NCBI RefSeq assembly: GCF_009834535.1
Contig: NC_045696.1
Location: forward strand, 21,206,001 to 21,270,000
From: Camelus ferus
Lineage: Eukaryota
Length of the DNA stretch: 64,000 nt
Reading direction: 5' to 3'
A model generated the notes under the pieces. It worked only from the letters and a program-made list of their open reading frames with translations. It was not told the origin of the DNA and did not search any database. Shown here piece by piece: positions 1 through 12,670 of the stretch. A program made the position numbers and the translations under genes. How positions within the stretch are numbered: the first letter of the stretch is position 1; each line of letters begins with the position of its first letter.

Positions 1-503
1 CTGCTGAGTGTTTTTAACTTTCTGTTTTCCTTCTTCAATGTACTTAAATTTCTATAATGTGATCATATTTAACTTTTACCTTGAATTTAATTCACTAGTG
101 TTCTTTTCAGAAAAACAAAACAAAAACATAATGATCTTACCTTCAGAAATGATTTTGTTTTATTCTCAGTTTTATTTATGATAATTAAGTATCTTTTCAT
201 CATAATCCTTTTATTTACTTGTTAATTACATATATTCTATTAATGTATTTCTTAATCTAAGCAATTTTCAGTTTTGTAATGAATCACAATTGATAAATGC
301 TTCTTTGAAAGTAAAGGTAGTGAGATAGTGATTAATTCCATTGTTTTTTTTTTTCTTTTAAAATGATTTTTTCTTTTTTGTGACCAAATAACTTCCTCCA
401 AAATATCACAAAGTGTTAAGATCCTTACTTCAATACCTTGTATCCATTCAGGGTCTTTCAATTTTAATAAACAGGATTTCAGATCCTGCCCCCTTCTACT
501 TAC

Positions 504-531
504 CTACTCTCCAATCCAGAGAAGATTTGGG
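504..531 (-). other. Candidate 28-nt (or 31-nt) micro-exon
   Basis: Minus strand reads gttaatatgtgttttattgtaagcag|CCCAAATCTTCTCTGGATTGGAGAGTAG|GTAAGT: NAGNAG acceptor and consensus donor. No other support. Confidence 0.2.
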
Positions 532-749
532 CTGCTTACAATAAAACACATATTAACTTGTGCAGGTTGTTTGGCGAAATTAAAGATACATTTATAGTTT
601 GGGGAGTAACATTTGAGATGGTCCCTGAATATGAAAACATATTATACCAAGTAGATAAAGAAGTTGAGGTGTACACATGGCAGGCAGTGTAGCATGAGAT
701 TAGGACACTCCAGCCTGTGGTATCCATCTGTCCAAAAACACAGAGTTGA

Positions 750-1040
750 GGTATTACTTGACATGTTCAGAGAACCAAGAATAGTACTAGGTGTCTAGGG
801 TGGAGAGGGTGTGGTAGTGTGTGATGGGTGAGATAATTTTCACTTTCAAGCTTCAGAATTTGGATATTATATATCTATTTAAATGATTGTTTCAATATCT
901 TCTCTCTCTTTTTCCTTTTTAAAGAGAATTGACACAACCATATCTGTATTATTGGATATGGTAGATGAATTTGGGGGGAGTAGAAAATAGATTCCATTAA
1001 TTCAGATAAGAGATCAGGGAGATCTGAATGAGGGCAGAGA
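750..1040 (-). mobile_element. L2 LINE fragment (old)
   Basis: Degenerate L2 3'-region motifs in antisense (ttgacatgttcagagaaccaag; taattcagataagagatcaggg). Boundaries approximate. Confidence 0.4.
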
Positions 1041-3246
1041 TAAAACAACATATTTTGAACTTTGTTTCAAAATGTTTCACGTCAAGACCTTTCCTTTTGT
1101 AGCTTCTTTTTTTTAACTGCTTTTTTCCAGTAGTCACTTAAAGAATATTTATGTATTTCATGAAGAAATGTGTTGGAAACACTGTTCATGTCTATTCAGT
1201 CTCACATTTGTTTAGGGTGACCATATAATTTGTTGTGCTTTTGCTGTATTCAGGGATATTGGGGGAGCTATTTATAATTAAACTGGAAAAACAGAGAACA
1301 AAAACTCTCCAGGGGAAAAAAAAAGATAATATAAGAACAGGATGAAAATTTTTAAAATGAATGCAGATAAGAATAGGATAAAAGACAGAAAGCAGGATGC
1401 ATATTAAAATGCAAGAATCAATGACTTCTAACATTTTATCTCCAAAAAATTTCCCCTCTGAGTTTTTATGAATTTTTAAATTGAAAATGAGTACAATGAA
1501 ATTTATTGTAATTTGCTCTTCTGTTCTTATATCTTCATTCCTTCCTTTCTAATTGTCTTTCAAATTTATCCTTTTCTTTCCTTTTTCTTCTTTCCTGATT
1601 TGTTAGGCTGTTTATCAGAGTATAAGTGCTCAATTTCAAGTGCCTATTTTCATTTCTTATTCCTATTACAGTTAACCCTTCAACTGAGAAATAAATTCTA
1701 AGATCCTTTATTCTTAACAGCAGTGCATTAGTGTATATGTGACTTGTAGTAAGTTGTCTCGGTTATTTGGAAAGATCACAAATTATACATAAAGAAGGAT
1801 ATTCATATGTATGCTAATTTATATGTAACATTAATTATATGAGATGATATAAATGTTAAAGTTTGGAGGTTTACACTGCTAGATTTTTCTCACTTTGAAA
1901 ATATTCTGGAGTTACCACAACTTTCAATCTTACCTTTTTTTTTTCTTTTTTTTACTTTGAGCTAATCTCAGAGTACTAAAAAAAAAACCTCACAAAGTCA
2001 TAAAATATAGAATATGCAAAAATATGGGATAGAAGCTTTTTTTAAGTCAATACTAACATGACCAGAATATTTAACTACCATGTTAAATTATTGGTATTCT
2101 AGTAGATCTATATTTAAGCACAAAATGATGGCCATGCATTTAGGTACTAGATTAAGATATGAAACGGGTGATTTATTCCAGTCACTGGAAATATTTGAAT
2201 ATTAAACACCTGATTTAGAAACAGCATACATCCGTTATTTGTGTAAGTTAGTAGGATGAAGTACAAGGTCACATCTCTTTGATAACTTTAATAAGAACAA
2301 TAATATTCAGGTTTGACTTTCTGAGGTGAATTCTTCTAGCACGGTACAAACTGACGTAGGGTGACCATAGTCAAAATGTAAACAAATACAATATGAAGTC
2401 ATGGGGAGGAGCGGTCTCAGAAGAAATCACTTAACAGAAAACTCTAGTGATGTTAGTTACTTTCAAATATGTTGACACTTTCCCTATACAGATATTATTT
2501 TTATTTTATAATAAATAATCATAAATAGTTTTAATTTTCAAATAGACGAATGACCACTGGAGCTTAGAGCCTGTGTGATCACATCACATTTATTTATTTC
2601 CAAAAGCTTAAATCTAATTCTTTATGAAGTTTCTATTGGAGATAAAGATAATAAATTCTAGCATTATAGAAGAATGAAATGTGTCAACATGGCAACTCTT
2701 CATAATATATAATACCCTAGTGTATGTATTAAAATGAATTTGGAAATTCATATTTAATGTAATTTCAGCTTATACACAAATAATGAACTATTTCTATTTA
2801 ACACCAATTTTTGTGTGCTATTTTTTACCTTCCAACAACAAAAATGTATGGCTTGTATTTCATCTTTACTTAAATTGTTGTTACCAACCCACTTTTGGCT
2901 TTATGGAACTATTTAAGAGGATAAATCATTTTAGACTTCACTGCAACATGAATTTGTTGAGTCTTACAATATTTTCATAATCATCTTCATTCATATATGT
3001 TATATAGATTCAAACTTCCAAGAGAGCCTATAAAAATCCAACACTTAACTAGGAAGGCCACGTGCAAATCTGAGCAAGATGTCCAGGTTATGGTGGAGAA
3101 ATAACCTTTCTTTGCATTCTCCTTTGATACCTGTTACACTTAATTCACAGTGTTGTACCCTTGCGAGAATACACCAATCTGTAATTTTCATGACTGACTG
3201 AATGTGTTTCAGTTCTGGGATAATTAAAGAAGCCAATATACTAGGA

Positions 3247-3347
3247 ATATATATATATATATACACACACACGCATATACATACATGCACACATACATGT
3301 GCATATACATATATATACATATGTGTGTGTGTGTGTATATATATATA
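3247..3347. repeat. Compound (TA)n/(CA)n/(TG)n microsatellite, quasi-palindromic
   Basis: About 100 bp of alternating purine-pyrimidine; the tatatatacacacac left arm is complementary to the gtgtgtgtatatata right arm. Confidence 0.95.
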
Positions 3348-3642
3348 GTGAAATGAATGGTAGTACTGCTAATAAATTGTATAAAGGGTCAAAGAACAGA
3401 CAAATAAAAGGAGATATATATTGTAGCATACAGCCTGGTAACAACATGATGCAGGATTCCAAGATCAGCATTAGTGTCCAATTTCCTGTTACAATAGGGA
3501 AGATAACAGAATTAATTAATATGATTATATGATATTTTCACATTTTAAACATCTTGAAAAAAAATAACCCATTATAGCACTTCACTCTGAATGGAGAAAA
3601 AAATGCAAACTATGTCATCACTTGGTTAAGAGCAAACTGAAA

Positions 3643-4146
3643 TTCAAAAAGATACATGTACCTCAATGTTCATAGCAGCATTAAGTACAATTGCCAAGTT
3701 ATGGAAGCAACCTTAAGTGTCTATTAGCAGATGAATGGATAAAGAAGATGTGGTATATATATAATGGAATACTACTCAGCCATAAAAAAGAAAAATTTGC
3801 TATTTGCAGCAATATGGATAGACTTGAAGGGCATTGTGCTAAATGAAATAAGTCAGACAGAGAAAGACAAATACTGTATGAAACTACTTATATGTGGAAT
3901 CTAAACAAAATACAACAAACTAGTGAATATAACAAAAAAGAAGCAAATCTACAGATACAGGGAACAAACTGGTGGTTACCAGTGAAGAGCAGGGACAGAG
4001 AATTTAGGGGTAGGAGAATGGGAGGCACAAAGATGTACTGTACAGCACAAGGAATATAGCTAATATTTTGTAATCACTGTAAATGGAAAGTAACCTTTAA
4101 AAATTGTATGAAAAAATAAACTTCACATTCTCTTTGAGGTTAAAAA
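3643..4146 (+). mobile_element. 5'-truncated L1 (ORF2 end plus 3' UTR)
   Basis: L1 motifs aatgttcatagcagca, gaatggataaagaagatgtgg and gaaataagtcagacagagaaagac; A-tail; TSD aagagcaaactgaaa (3628-3642) / aagagtaaactgaaa (4147-4161) at a TT|AAGA site. Confidence 0.92.
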
Positions 4147-5283
4147 AAGAGTAAACTGAAAATGCAAAGCTGTGTGAGATGTGTTTGAAATAGAAATATT
4201 CCAAATGCTTAGGAAAATTTAGGAAAATACTAAAAATACAGAATGTGTATCAGAAGTGTAGTATATACAATTTTAGATGTCAAATAATAGAAGACAACAA
4301 AATTTTATTTGTTTTCACTACTTCCACCTCCTAAATGATGTATGCAACCAACAAGCGATTTACTTTTTAAAAAATTTCAGATATTGAAATAAAATCTTAA
4401 TGATTAATTCAAAAAATATTTCATTCTTTTTGGCATAGCTTGACTATTATGACCGAAGTTCAGTATTAAGGTAACTCTCTTTTATAACTGGTCTAAATGT
4501 TAAGAATTAGAACTTTACTAGCTTGAAGCTTATTTCAGAGGGAGTTTTAAAAGAGTTTCACAAATCATTTTCTTAGTTTCAATCAAAGCTTGAAGGCTTG
4601 GATTTAATTGAAAATGTTAAAGTTTCATTTCAGGCTTCAGAGATCAAATCTTCTGAGAAAAGAAGGGCAATTTAAAGACAATTACGTTCTTTGGAATGTA
4701 ATATGAAGTCATCCTTATTTTCAAATTAAGGATTTCCATATTAAGATCACCTCTAGATTAGTAGCTGGTAATTAGTGCATTGCTGGCATAAATACCTGTG
4801 GGTACCTTTAAAGTAGCTATAACTTAATCAGTTCTCTACCACATGCTGACTCTCTAAGGAAGAATGATGCTTTGCCCAAATTTAAAGGGACTCAATGTTC
4901 TGACTCTTTTGAAATTAATTCCAACTATAGATACATTTCTCCCTATGGCACAGCTATGGTGATGTGTTAAGTCTTTGACTTCTGATGGGAGGCTAACATT
5001 CCAGGCTGGTTCCGCTAATTTACAGGCTGTTGTATGCTGCACATCTTTTTAAACCACGAGAGTCTTCTCTAAATCTTATTAGAGTGATTCTTCTACTCTC
5101 TGTTCCTTAATGAGATTTACATATTTTCAGTCCTTTTTCTCTTCGGAGGGTAGTTTCAAGGATATATCATAACAGTTGGTAATTATACAGTGCTATACAA
5201 ATGTTTAAAAATGGATTTTTTTCTGATGTATATGTAAAATATAAAACTCAGGGATGGTCAGTGATTGTAGACTAATTCCACTG

Positions 5284-5732
5284 AGTGATGGCTAACTTTA
5301 TGTGTCAACTTGGCTGGGCTGTGGTGCCCAAATATATGGTCAAATATTATTCAGGATGTTTCTGTGAGAGTGTTTTGGATGAGATTAACATACAGATTGT
5401 TGGATTTTTGAGTAGGACAAATTGCCCTCTATAATATGGGTGCCGAACAGTTGAAGATCTGAATACAACAAAAGATTGACCTCCTCTGAACAGTCAGTTC
5501 TGCAGCAAATGAACTTTGAACATGAACTATAGCAGCAGCTCCTCCTTGGTCTCCAGCTTGCTGGCCCAACCTGCAGATTTTGAACTTGCCAGCCTCCATA
5601 ATTACATAAGCAATTCCTTAAAATAAATCTCTTTATATCTATCTATCTATGTCTATCTATATGTATATACATGTATATATTTATATACTTATGAACATCC
5701 TACTTTTTGTGCCTCTAGAGAATGCTAATACA
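5284..5732 (+). mobile_element. MLT2-family (ERVL) solo LTR
   Basis: Begins gtgatggctaactttatgtgtcaacttgg (MLT2 start); AATAAA followed by a tatc/tata repeat; ends ctagagaatgctaataca. Confidence 0.85.
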
Positions 5733-5779
5733 CATCACAAAGTTATGCATTAAAATGATAGAAATTGCATTTATATACT

Positions 5780-5876
5780 ATTTATTATTATTATCATTAT
5801 TGTTTTGATAGATATACTGGGGATTGAACCCAGGACCTCAAGCATGCTCAGTATGCACCCTACCACTAAACTATAA
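5780..5876 (-). mobile_element. tRNA-derived SINE, camelid Vic-1-like
   Basis: Minus strand TATAGTTTAGTGGTAGGGTGCATACTGAGCATGCTTGAGGTCCTGGGTTCAATCCCCAGTA with Pol III A-box and B-box (GGTTCAATCC), then an (AAT)n tail. Confidence 0.8.
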
Positions 5877-7364
5877 GATATACCATTGAAGTTTGTTATT
5901 TAAAAACAGTATTACCTTTCACAACTTAGGTTTTATGTTGCTTTCATCTTTATTTGCTTATTTATGGTGTATGGTAGATGATATTCATTTTCTCAAATAA
6001 GCAGCATTCTTAAGGTATGGTTTTTAATTAAAATAGTCCCCAAATGCCCATCCTAAGACAAAGTTCCAGCTCTTTTTTCCAGTTTTAACAGGATCAGTCA
6101 CTCAAAGCAGTGCTCTCTCTACTCTTCTGAATACCTTGAAATATCCCTTACATAGGAAAAGAGTCTGTCTGATCCTTTGCAAAATTTCTACCATAAGAAT
6201 AAGACATCTCTGATTAAGAACATGAATGCTGTCACCCATTTGTACCAGTAATAATACCAGCAGGCCAAGTATTATTTGAGATTAACTCTTAGTCAAACTG
6301 GCCCCAAAGTGACTTCTGTCAGAATTAATCCTATTTGACTCCAGTCACTTCTAAACATGCCCCACATCATTCTTGTCCTTGGGGAGCCACTCCTCGCATT
6401 CTCAACTAATTTTTATGTTGTCTCATTTTTCTTATCTCCTTATAGCACTGAATCTCCCATCCCATGGAGACTTGCAGTATTGATTCCTCTCCAGCCCTTT
6501 CTCCTCTGTTGCTTGGAATCTTTGTGTCATTGGGAATAAAGTTGCCCAGTCACTGTCTACCTTTTCCATAAATTTCTGCCACCTGCTTACTCTGACTAAA
6601 ATCTGATTCTCCCCTGAGAACACATACTCCTGTGGTCCCCTACTATGGCATTACTCCCATCAGACGTGATCCACAGAGCCAGGAGTGGATTAGATTTTCC
6701 CTCCATCATTATTTCTTTTTCTGAATCCCTGTTATATGCATATGCTGTTGTAAGTTCCAGCCTGGCTGTAAGGGCCTTTGTCTTCTTTCATCCAATAAGT
6801 ACCCTTCGTTTCATGACATCTTTCAGATACCATTCAGACACATTTTTCTGTCATCACTCTGAATGTCTGTGCTAAGACACTTTTATGTCTCTTAACCCTT
6901 AACTCTTAAGAACAGTTTAACTTCCCATTTTGGCAGGTCTATCACAAAACTCTTTTCAAAACTCATAGAATACTCAAACTGCAATGTCAGTCATACCTTG
7001 CATCTGGAAGAGCTTAGACTTAGAAAATATAAACTCATGTATCTCATACATTGCCATCCTTTCTGTTTTTTCATAGTTCACTCCTGCTGAACTTACTCAT
7101 TAACATCACAGCACTTTCAACACTTTATCCACTTCATGATGTGTCAGGTTTATCCAGGCTTCTCTGTATCAATGCTACAATCCGTTTTCTTTGATACTAT
7201 CCCTAGAGGTTGAGCACTATTGGAGGAAAGCATGCAGTTACACAGATTTGTGGAAAGAAACAACGTGGACTTACACTCCAGTTGGAATCTTATGCCCACC
7301 AAGATGTTTTTAGATTTATTTTTTAAATATATCAACCTCTTATTCCCATCAAGACCATCTTCCA

Positions 7365-7612
7365 TTATGCAGCTCAATACAAAAAAAAAAAAAACCCCAA
7401 AAAAACAAAACACAGACAAAAAACAACCCAATCAAAAAATGGGTAGAAGACCTAAATAGACGTTTCTCCAAAGAAGAAATATAGACGGCCAATAGGCACA
7501 TTACAAGATGCTCAACATTGCTAATTATTAGTGAAATGCAAATCAAAACTACAGTGAAGTACCACCTCACACTGATCAGAATGGCCATCATCAAAAAGTG
7601 CGCATATATATA

Positions 7613-7671
<59 letters not shown>

Positions 7672-8183
7672 TATATATATATATGTATATATGTATATAG
7701 ATGCACATGCACAATGGAATATTACTGAGCCACAAAAAATAATTTAATAATGCCATTTTCAGCAACATGGATGGCCTAGAGATTATCATACTAAGTGAAG
7801 TAAGTTAGACAGAGAAAGACAAATACCATACGATATCACTTAAATGTGGAACCTAAAAGAAATATAAATGAACTTATTTACAAACAGAAATAGACTCACA
7901 GACGTAGAAAACAAACTTAGGGTTACCAGTAGGGGAAGGGAGTAGGAGGGATAATTTGGGAATTTGTGACTAACAGATACACATTACTATATATAAAATG
8001 GATAAACAACAAGGACCTACTGTATAACATAGGGAATTATATTCAATATCTTGTAATAACCTGTAATGGAAAAGAACCTGAAAAAGAATATATATATATT
8101 CCTTTATATATATATATATTAAAAAACTGAATCACTTTGCTGAATGCCTAAAACACTGTGAATCAACTATACTTCAATTAAAA
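7365..8183 (+). mobile_element. 5'-truncated L1 (ORF2 C-terminus plus 3' UTR) with internal deletion
   Basis: aacccaatcaaaaaatggg...gaaatgcaaatcaaaactaca (the [16 protein letters not shown] is L1 ORF2-like); ends aatcaactatacttcaattaaaaa; TSD aagaccatcttcca (7351-7364) / aagactatcttcca (8184-8197). Confidence 0.92.
7598..7712. repeat. (TA)n/(TG)n microsatellite inside L1
   Basis: Long dinucleotide runs seen directly. Confidence 0.95.
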
Positions 8184-10760
8184 AAGACTATCTTCCAATT
8201 ATTCACCATTTGCTACAAATACTTTACCATTACTTTACTCTATGCCTAGAGAAAATGAAGCCCTTGGGTTATATCTACCACAACAACAACAACAAAGTCG
8301 GTTCTACTTAAATACGTATACCTGTTCCCTTAGCCTTAGAAGATAAAAGTTACTTCATGTCTAAAGCCAGTGTATATCTATAATACACCCATTTGGCTTC
8401 ACTTTGCATTAAAGAGTATTCAAGTTTTTATCCTTAAGAAGAAAACAAAAAAACAAAGCAAAACAAAAATTAAATCTTGCCTTTACCTTCAAAGTTATCC
8501 CACTACTGTTCTTTTATTCTTCTTATCCAGTTCTACAATCTATGTCTACATTTCTTGACCTCAATTCTTCACTTCCTATGGATGCTGCAACCACTCCAGT
8601 CTAGAGCCAACCCCCATCACTTTACTCACAATGCTGTTAAAGGCACCAATGTTCACCCACTATAAATCTAGGTTACATTTTCAACTCATTATCCTAGACC
8701 TTTTTATTTGCTTGAAACTATTCATTTTAACCTTTCTTTTTAGTTGTCCAAATGTATTTCAAGGTAATATCTTAGTGAAAAATACTTCACCCACCACCAA
8801 AGGTAAACTTTAGTTATTGTACCACTTTGCAAGTTATTACAGGAAAAATCTGTAATTGTGAAAATTGTTAAATATAGTATTAGAGAAGGACCTAATTTAT
8901 TATGGGAGTCAGTAAAGACACCTAGAGAAATTTGTACTCAATCTGTGACCTGAAGGATGGGAAAGCATTGTTCTTTCTTAATTCACTTGAGCCCATACGT
9001 TCCACTTCTAAATTCTCTGACACTCTCTCAGCCTCTGGTGAGATTATTCCTCTTCCAATCTCCTAATTTGGTGTCCCTCAAGTCTCAGTCCACTCATCAT
9101 TTGGTACATGCTTTCTGATTTTCATCTTCTTATGGTTTTGCCACCACTAATTATAATAACCCCTTACCTCGGACTGCCTGTTCTCCCTCCAACTAGCCAA
9201 CTTCCTCCAATGCAAGGTCAAGATAGACTTAACCATCCTAGGCTAGATTAGTTACAAGTATTCAATGTTCATACAAAACCCTCTGCACATGACCTCTATT
9301 TCTGCATTTCCTCATAATTGTCTATTTATTAAACTATTTTCCCTCTCAACTGTGAGTTCCTTAAAGGAAAGAGATGTGTTTTATTTAATTTTGTAGCTTT
9401 AAAAATTTTAAATGATATCTAAATGGTGGGTACTACATACATTTTTCTTACATGAAATAAATGAATTAATATATGGATGAGCAAAGAATCTTTTTTAAAT
9501 TAAAGGATCTTTTTACTAGACACATTTGCAGTTAACTTACAATCCTGTTTACATAAATAATGTCAAGATTGGTGAACACCTAGGATTTTTAAAGTATCTG
9601 GAGTATGTGATTGCCTAAAAGTATATGTAACAGAGAGATTTTGAAATAAAATCTGAAGCTTTTTCAGTCTGTGGTTATTCTTGCTGCCTTGCAATCTTGC
9701 TGCCTTGCAATCTTTGTACACAGAGGCATCTTTTGTAGTGGTTTGGAAAGAGAGGTTGAGTGGGGTACCTTGGCAGAGAATAAAGAAGTTGATATCGAGT
9801 TAAGTCTGTAAAAATAGTCTCTGACAGGAATAGTTGTGAAAACAAAAGTTCTTATTTACAAAAAAGAAAAAGGTTTATGGGATTGGTGGAGGCAAGAACC
9901 AACATTTGGTAAGCTCAGAACACAGAATTCTACCATAAAGCATGGAACGAGACTCAACTCCCTAACGGGCTTGGAAAAGCCTTTAAAACTCTTCCCAGAC
10001 TTGGGAAGGAGCCCACTGAGAGGCGAAATAATGGGCTGAGAGAGTGGTGAAGGATGCTTAATTCTGCACTGTGTAGTGATGATACACAGACCGTTGGGCA
10101 GATACAAACATATGAACATTCCATTGTAAAGTGGGATTATTCCAACTCCCTTGATTGGAACTTTGCCAAGGGAATATCTTGCAGAGTATTTGTTTGTTTG
10201 TTTTTACAATAACATAAGGAACCTCAGTTAGAGATGAAAAAAAATTGTGTGGTCTAATAGGAGAGCAGGTAGAACCTGCTTATGGCCTCTAGGAATTACA
10301 GGAAATTATAGAATTACAGCCATTATGTAGGAAAGAGGCTAGACCAGGGGTGTGCTTAAAGGACCTGCCCTTGAAGGACCTGGGTGTTTGAAAAAATCTG
10401 CGATTTATTAGAGCTTAGAGTGTTCTAACTTCAACATACAAGGTAGCAAGGACAGAGCAGTGTATACTTGGACATGTCAGTAGATGTAATAGGGACTGAT
10501 ATCAAGCCCCAAAGGAAGAGTAGGTAATGCTATAGCGGTGAAGTCTGCCAAGAAATAGAAGAGGAGTAGATGAGACACTCTGCACCATTACGCTGATGTT
10601 ACTTAAATCATACAATTGAAGCACATTTACAAGTGGCAATGCTTAAACTTTTTTTTTTTTATTTCCTGTTTTCTTTTTCTTTTTCTGCCTCTTTCTTTCC
10701 TTTTTATTTTCTTTCAAAACATATTATGATAAGTTTTAGACATCATGGTATTGCATTGTA

Positions 10761-11180
10761 TTGTGGATACTCTGAGAAACAGTCTGGATCCCCTACCACC
10801 ACCAAAATTGGTTCAGATATCAAGACTAATATCTTGATACAAATGCAGTAAGATATGAACACATCAAAAGTGTATGAAAAACATTTATAATCACATAATA
10901 AGGCATTTTAGGGAGAAGACACACTTTTCAAGCTGGTCCAGAAAATGGCTTGAGAGAGCAAGGGAAAGAGCCTCACTTAGGATTTTTATTGTGATCAAGG
11001 GAGTGGAGCTGCAGTGAAGGTTCCTACAGGTGTTCATGGGCTTGAATGTTCTGAATCTCCTACAAGCACCTAAGGGGGCATTCTGACTTTCTTCTCAGCT
11101 TTCCCAAAAGTGAGGTAGAGGGAAAGAGGGAGCAGCGAGGTTTAGAAGATGTCAGTGGTCAGAAATCCAGAAATGGAGGG
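10761..11180 (-). mobile_element. ERVL-type LTR (MER74/MER76-like; subfamily uncertain)
   Basis: accaccaaaattggttcagatatcaagac...gtatgaaaaacatttataatcacataat...caagctggtccagaaaatggcttgagagag resembles antisense old ERVL LTRs. Confidence 0.5.
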
Positions 11181-11399
11181 AGCCTCTTTAGTACCCAACC
11201 TAAACACTGAGCATTCTGTAACACAGCCGCAGGCTGTTGTCGAGCCTAACAACAAAAATAGCGTTAACTCTTATATTATCCAGTACCCTCTCTACACTCA
11301 AATGTTTCTGATTTTCTACTTTTTTTTTTTTACACTTAGTTTATTAAAAAGTTAGGATCTGATAAGGTCTACAAATTGCACTTTTATGTCTCTTAAGCC

Positions 11400-11820
11400 C
11401 ATTTTTTCCTTATATATCCCTCAGCCATTTATACCTGTGTCATAGAATTATTGCTGACGTCAGATGCCCTGTAGAATGCCCTGTTGTCTAAATTTTTCTA
11501 ATTGTTTTGCTGTGCTATTTAACTTACTCCTTTGACTCCACTTTTTCTGTAAACTGTAAGTTACTTGAAAAGGCTTGATTAAATTCGATTCAACTTTATA
11601 GCTAGAATATTACATAATACTTTATACGTGACATCAAATTATGATGTCAAGCAGATGCATCAAGTATCTGCTTGCTCCACTTTAAGTGATGCTAAGGTTA
11701 ACTGATGGGTTCAGATGGTAAGTATCTGATGTCTTCATTGCAGTTTGAACTTTTGATTCTGTAATCTTCATTTAATCTGTGGGGTATAACTTGACATAAT
11801 ATAAATATCCATATTCCTAC
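11400..11820 (-). mobile_element. Old L1M 3' UTR fragment (tentative)
   Basis: Motifs aaggcttgattaaattc and gatgctaagg...tgggttcagatgg resemble antisense L1MC/L1ME 3' UTR. Confidence 0.35.
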
Positions 11821-12329
11821 ACTAGCCTACCAAAAATGCTCTTGATAAATTTCCAGTCATCTTGATGTTACTAAAACAATGGACAAGTCTTATCTCAGCT
11901 ATTGCTTAACCAAACCATAGCTTTGGACAGTTTAATTTCTCTTTTCTTCTCATGGCAGAGTCTTCACTTGGCTTTCAGAGCATGGTTCTTGCTTGATTGT
12001 TTCTTTTCTATCTCTGGCCTTTCTGCAGATACTTTCTGCTGGTTTCTCCAGTTTTTCTTAACTCTTAAGCATTTGAGGATCCTATGAACTCTAGAAAGTT
12101 TAGAGGCTCACTGACGTGTGTATATGTGTGTGTGTGTGTTGTGTGTGTGTATATATATATATATTTAGTGATATATATACATAGTGATATATATACACAA
12201 TTATATATAGTATATAGTATAGTACATTATATATAATAAAAATATATTATTTATAGTAAAAATACTTCTGTTGTAGAAACTGTTAAAAAGTGGAAGAATT
12301 TTTACAAACTCAGAGACAGGGAATTCTGG

Positions 12330-12670
12330 CTTGAAGTTATACCTGATCAAAATAGAAGAATGAATATTTACAGGGCTGTTAAGAAATACTGACAGGAGGA
12401 AATGATCACAAAGAAACAGAACTGGTTCACCAAGAGCATGTCATGTCAGATTAACCTTGTTTCTTTCACTGACAGAATTACTGAACTAAAACAGATTTTA
12501 TCAGAGCATTTGACAATGACTTTCGATGATCCTGTAGATGAAAAAAGATAAAGAAATGCATACCTATGAAAATATAACTAAAGGGATAAGCAAATGGTAG
12601 GACCAAAAATCAAAGCATTAGCTTAATGAAAACTTGTCCATTAAGAGGTTTCTGGTTGGTGGATCCTGAA
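12330..12670 (+). mobile_element. CR1/L3 LINE reverse-transcriptase fragment
   Basis: From 12417 translates QNWFTKSMSCQINLVSFTDRITEL, then DFIRAFD after a frameshift; matches CR1 RT motifs QHGFxKxxSCxTNLISF and DFSKAFD. Confidence 0.75.

Larger units (their letters stand above)
6500..9470 (+). mobile_element. Long fragmented L2 LINE, endonuclease region to 3' end, interrupted by a younger L1
   Basis: 6580-6624 translates HLLTLTKI*FSPENT, resembling the L2 APE motif LxLTETWLxP; C/T-rich L2 body; 3' end ctgtgagttccttaaagg...aaatgaat near 9350-9470. Confidence 0.72.

Noticed and set aside
1212..1225. tagggtgaccata motif (again near 2358), like a hAT-Tip100 terminus
   Set aside because: Both copies face the same way and I found no nearby matching opposite end or TSD.
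3045..3532. Overlapping ORFs with YI/CV repeats
   Set aside because: Artefact of the stop-free dinucleotide repeat.
5815..5876. Possible tRNA gene
   Set aside because: Degenerate, no complete acceptor stem, and followed by an AT-rich tail: a SINE.
7349..7789. 146-aa hydrophobic ORF
   Set aside because: Antisense L1 plus microsatellite-derived YI/TH repeats.
9679..9714. 16-bp tandem duplication (similar ones at 15543-15578, 20093-20120, 45061-45102)
   Set aside because: Two-copy slippage duplications with unrelated units; ordinary mutation, not an array.
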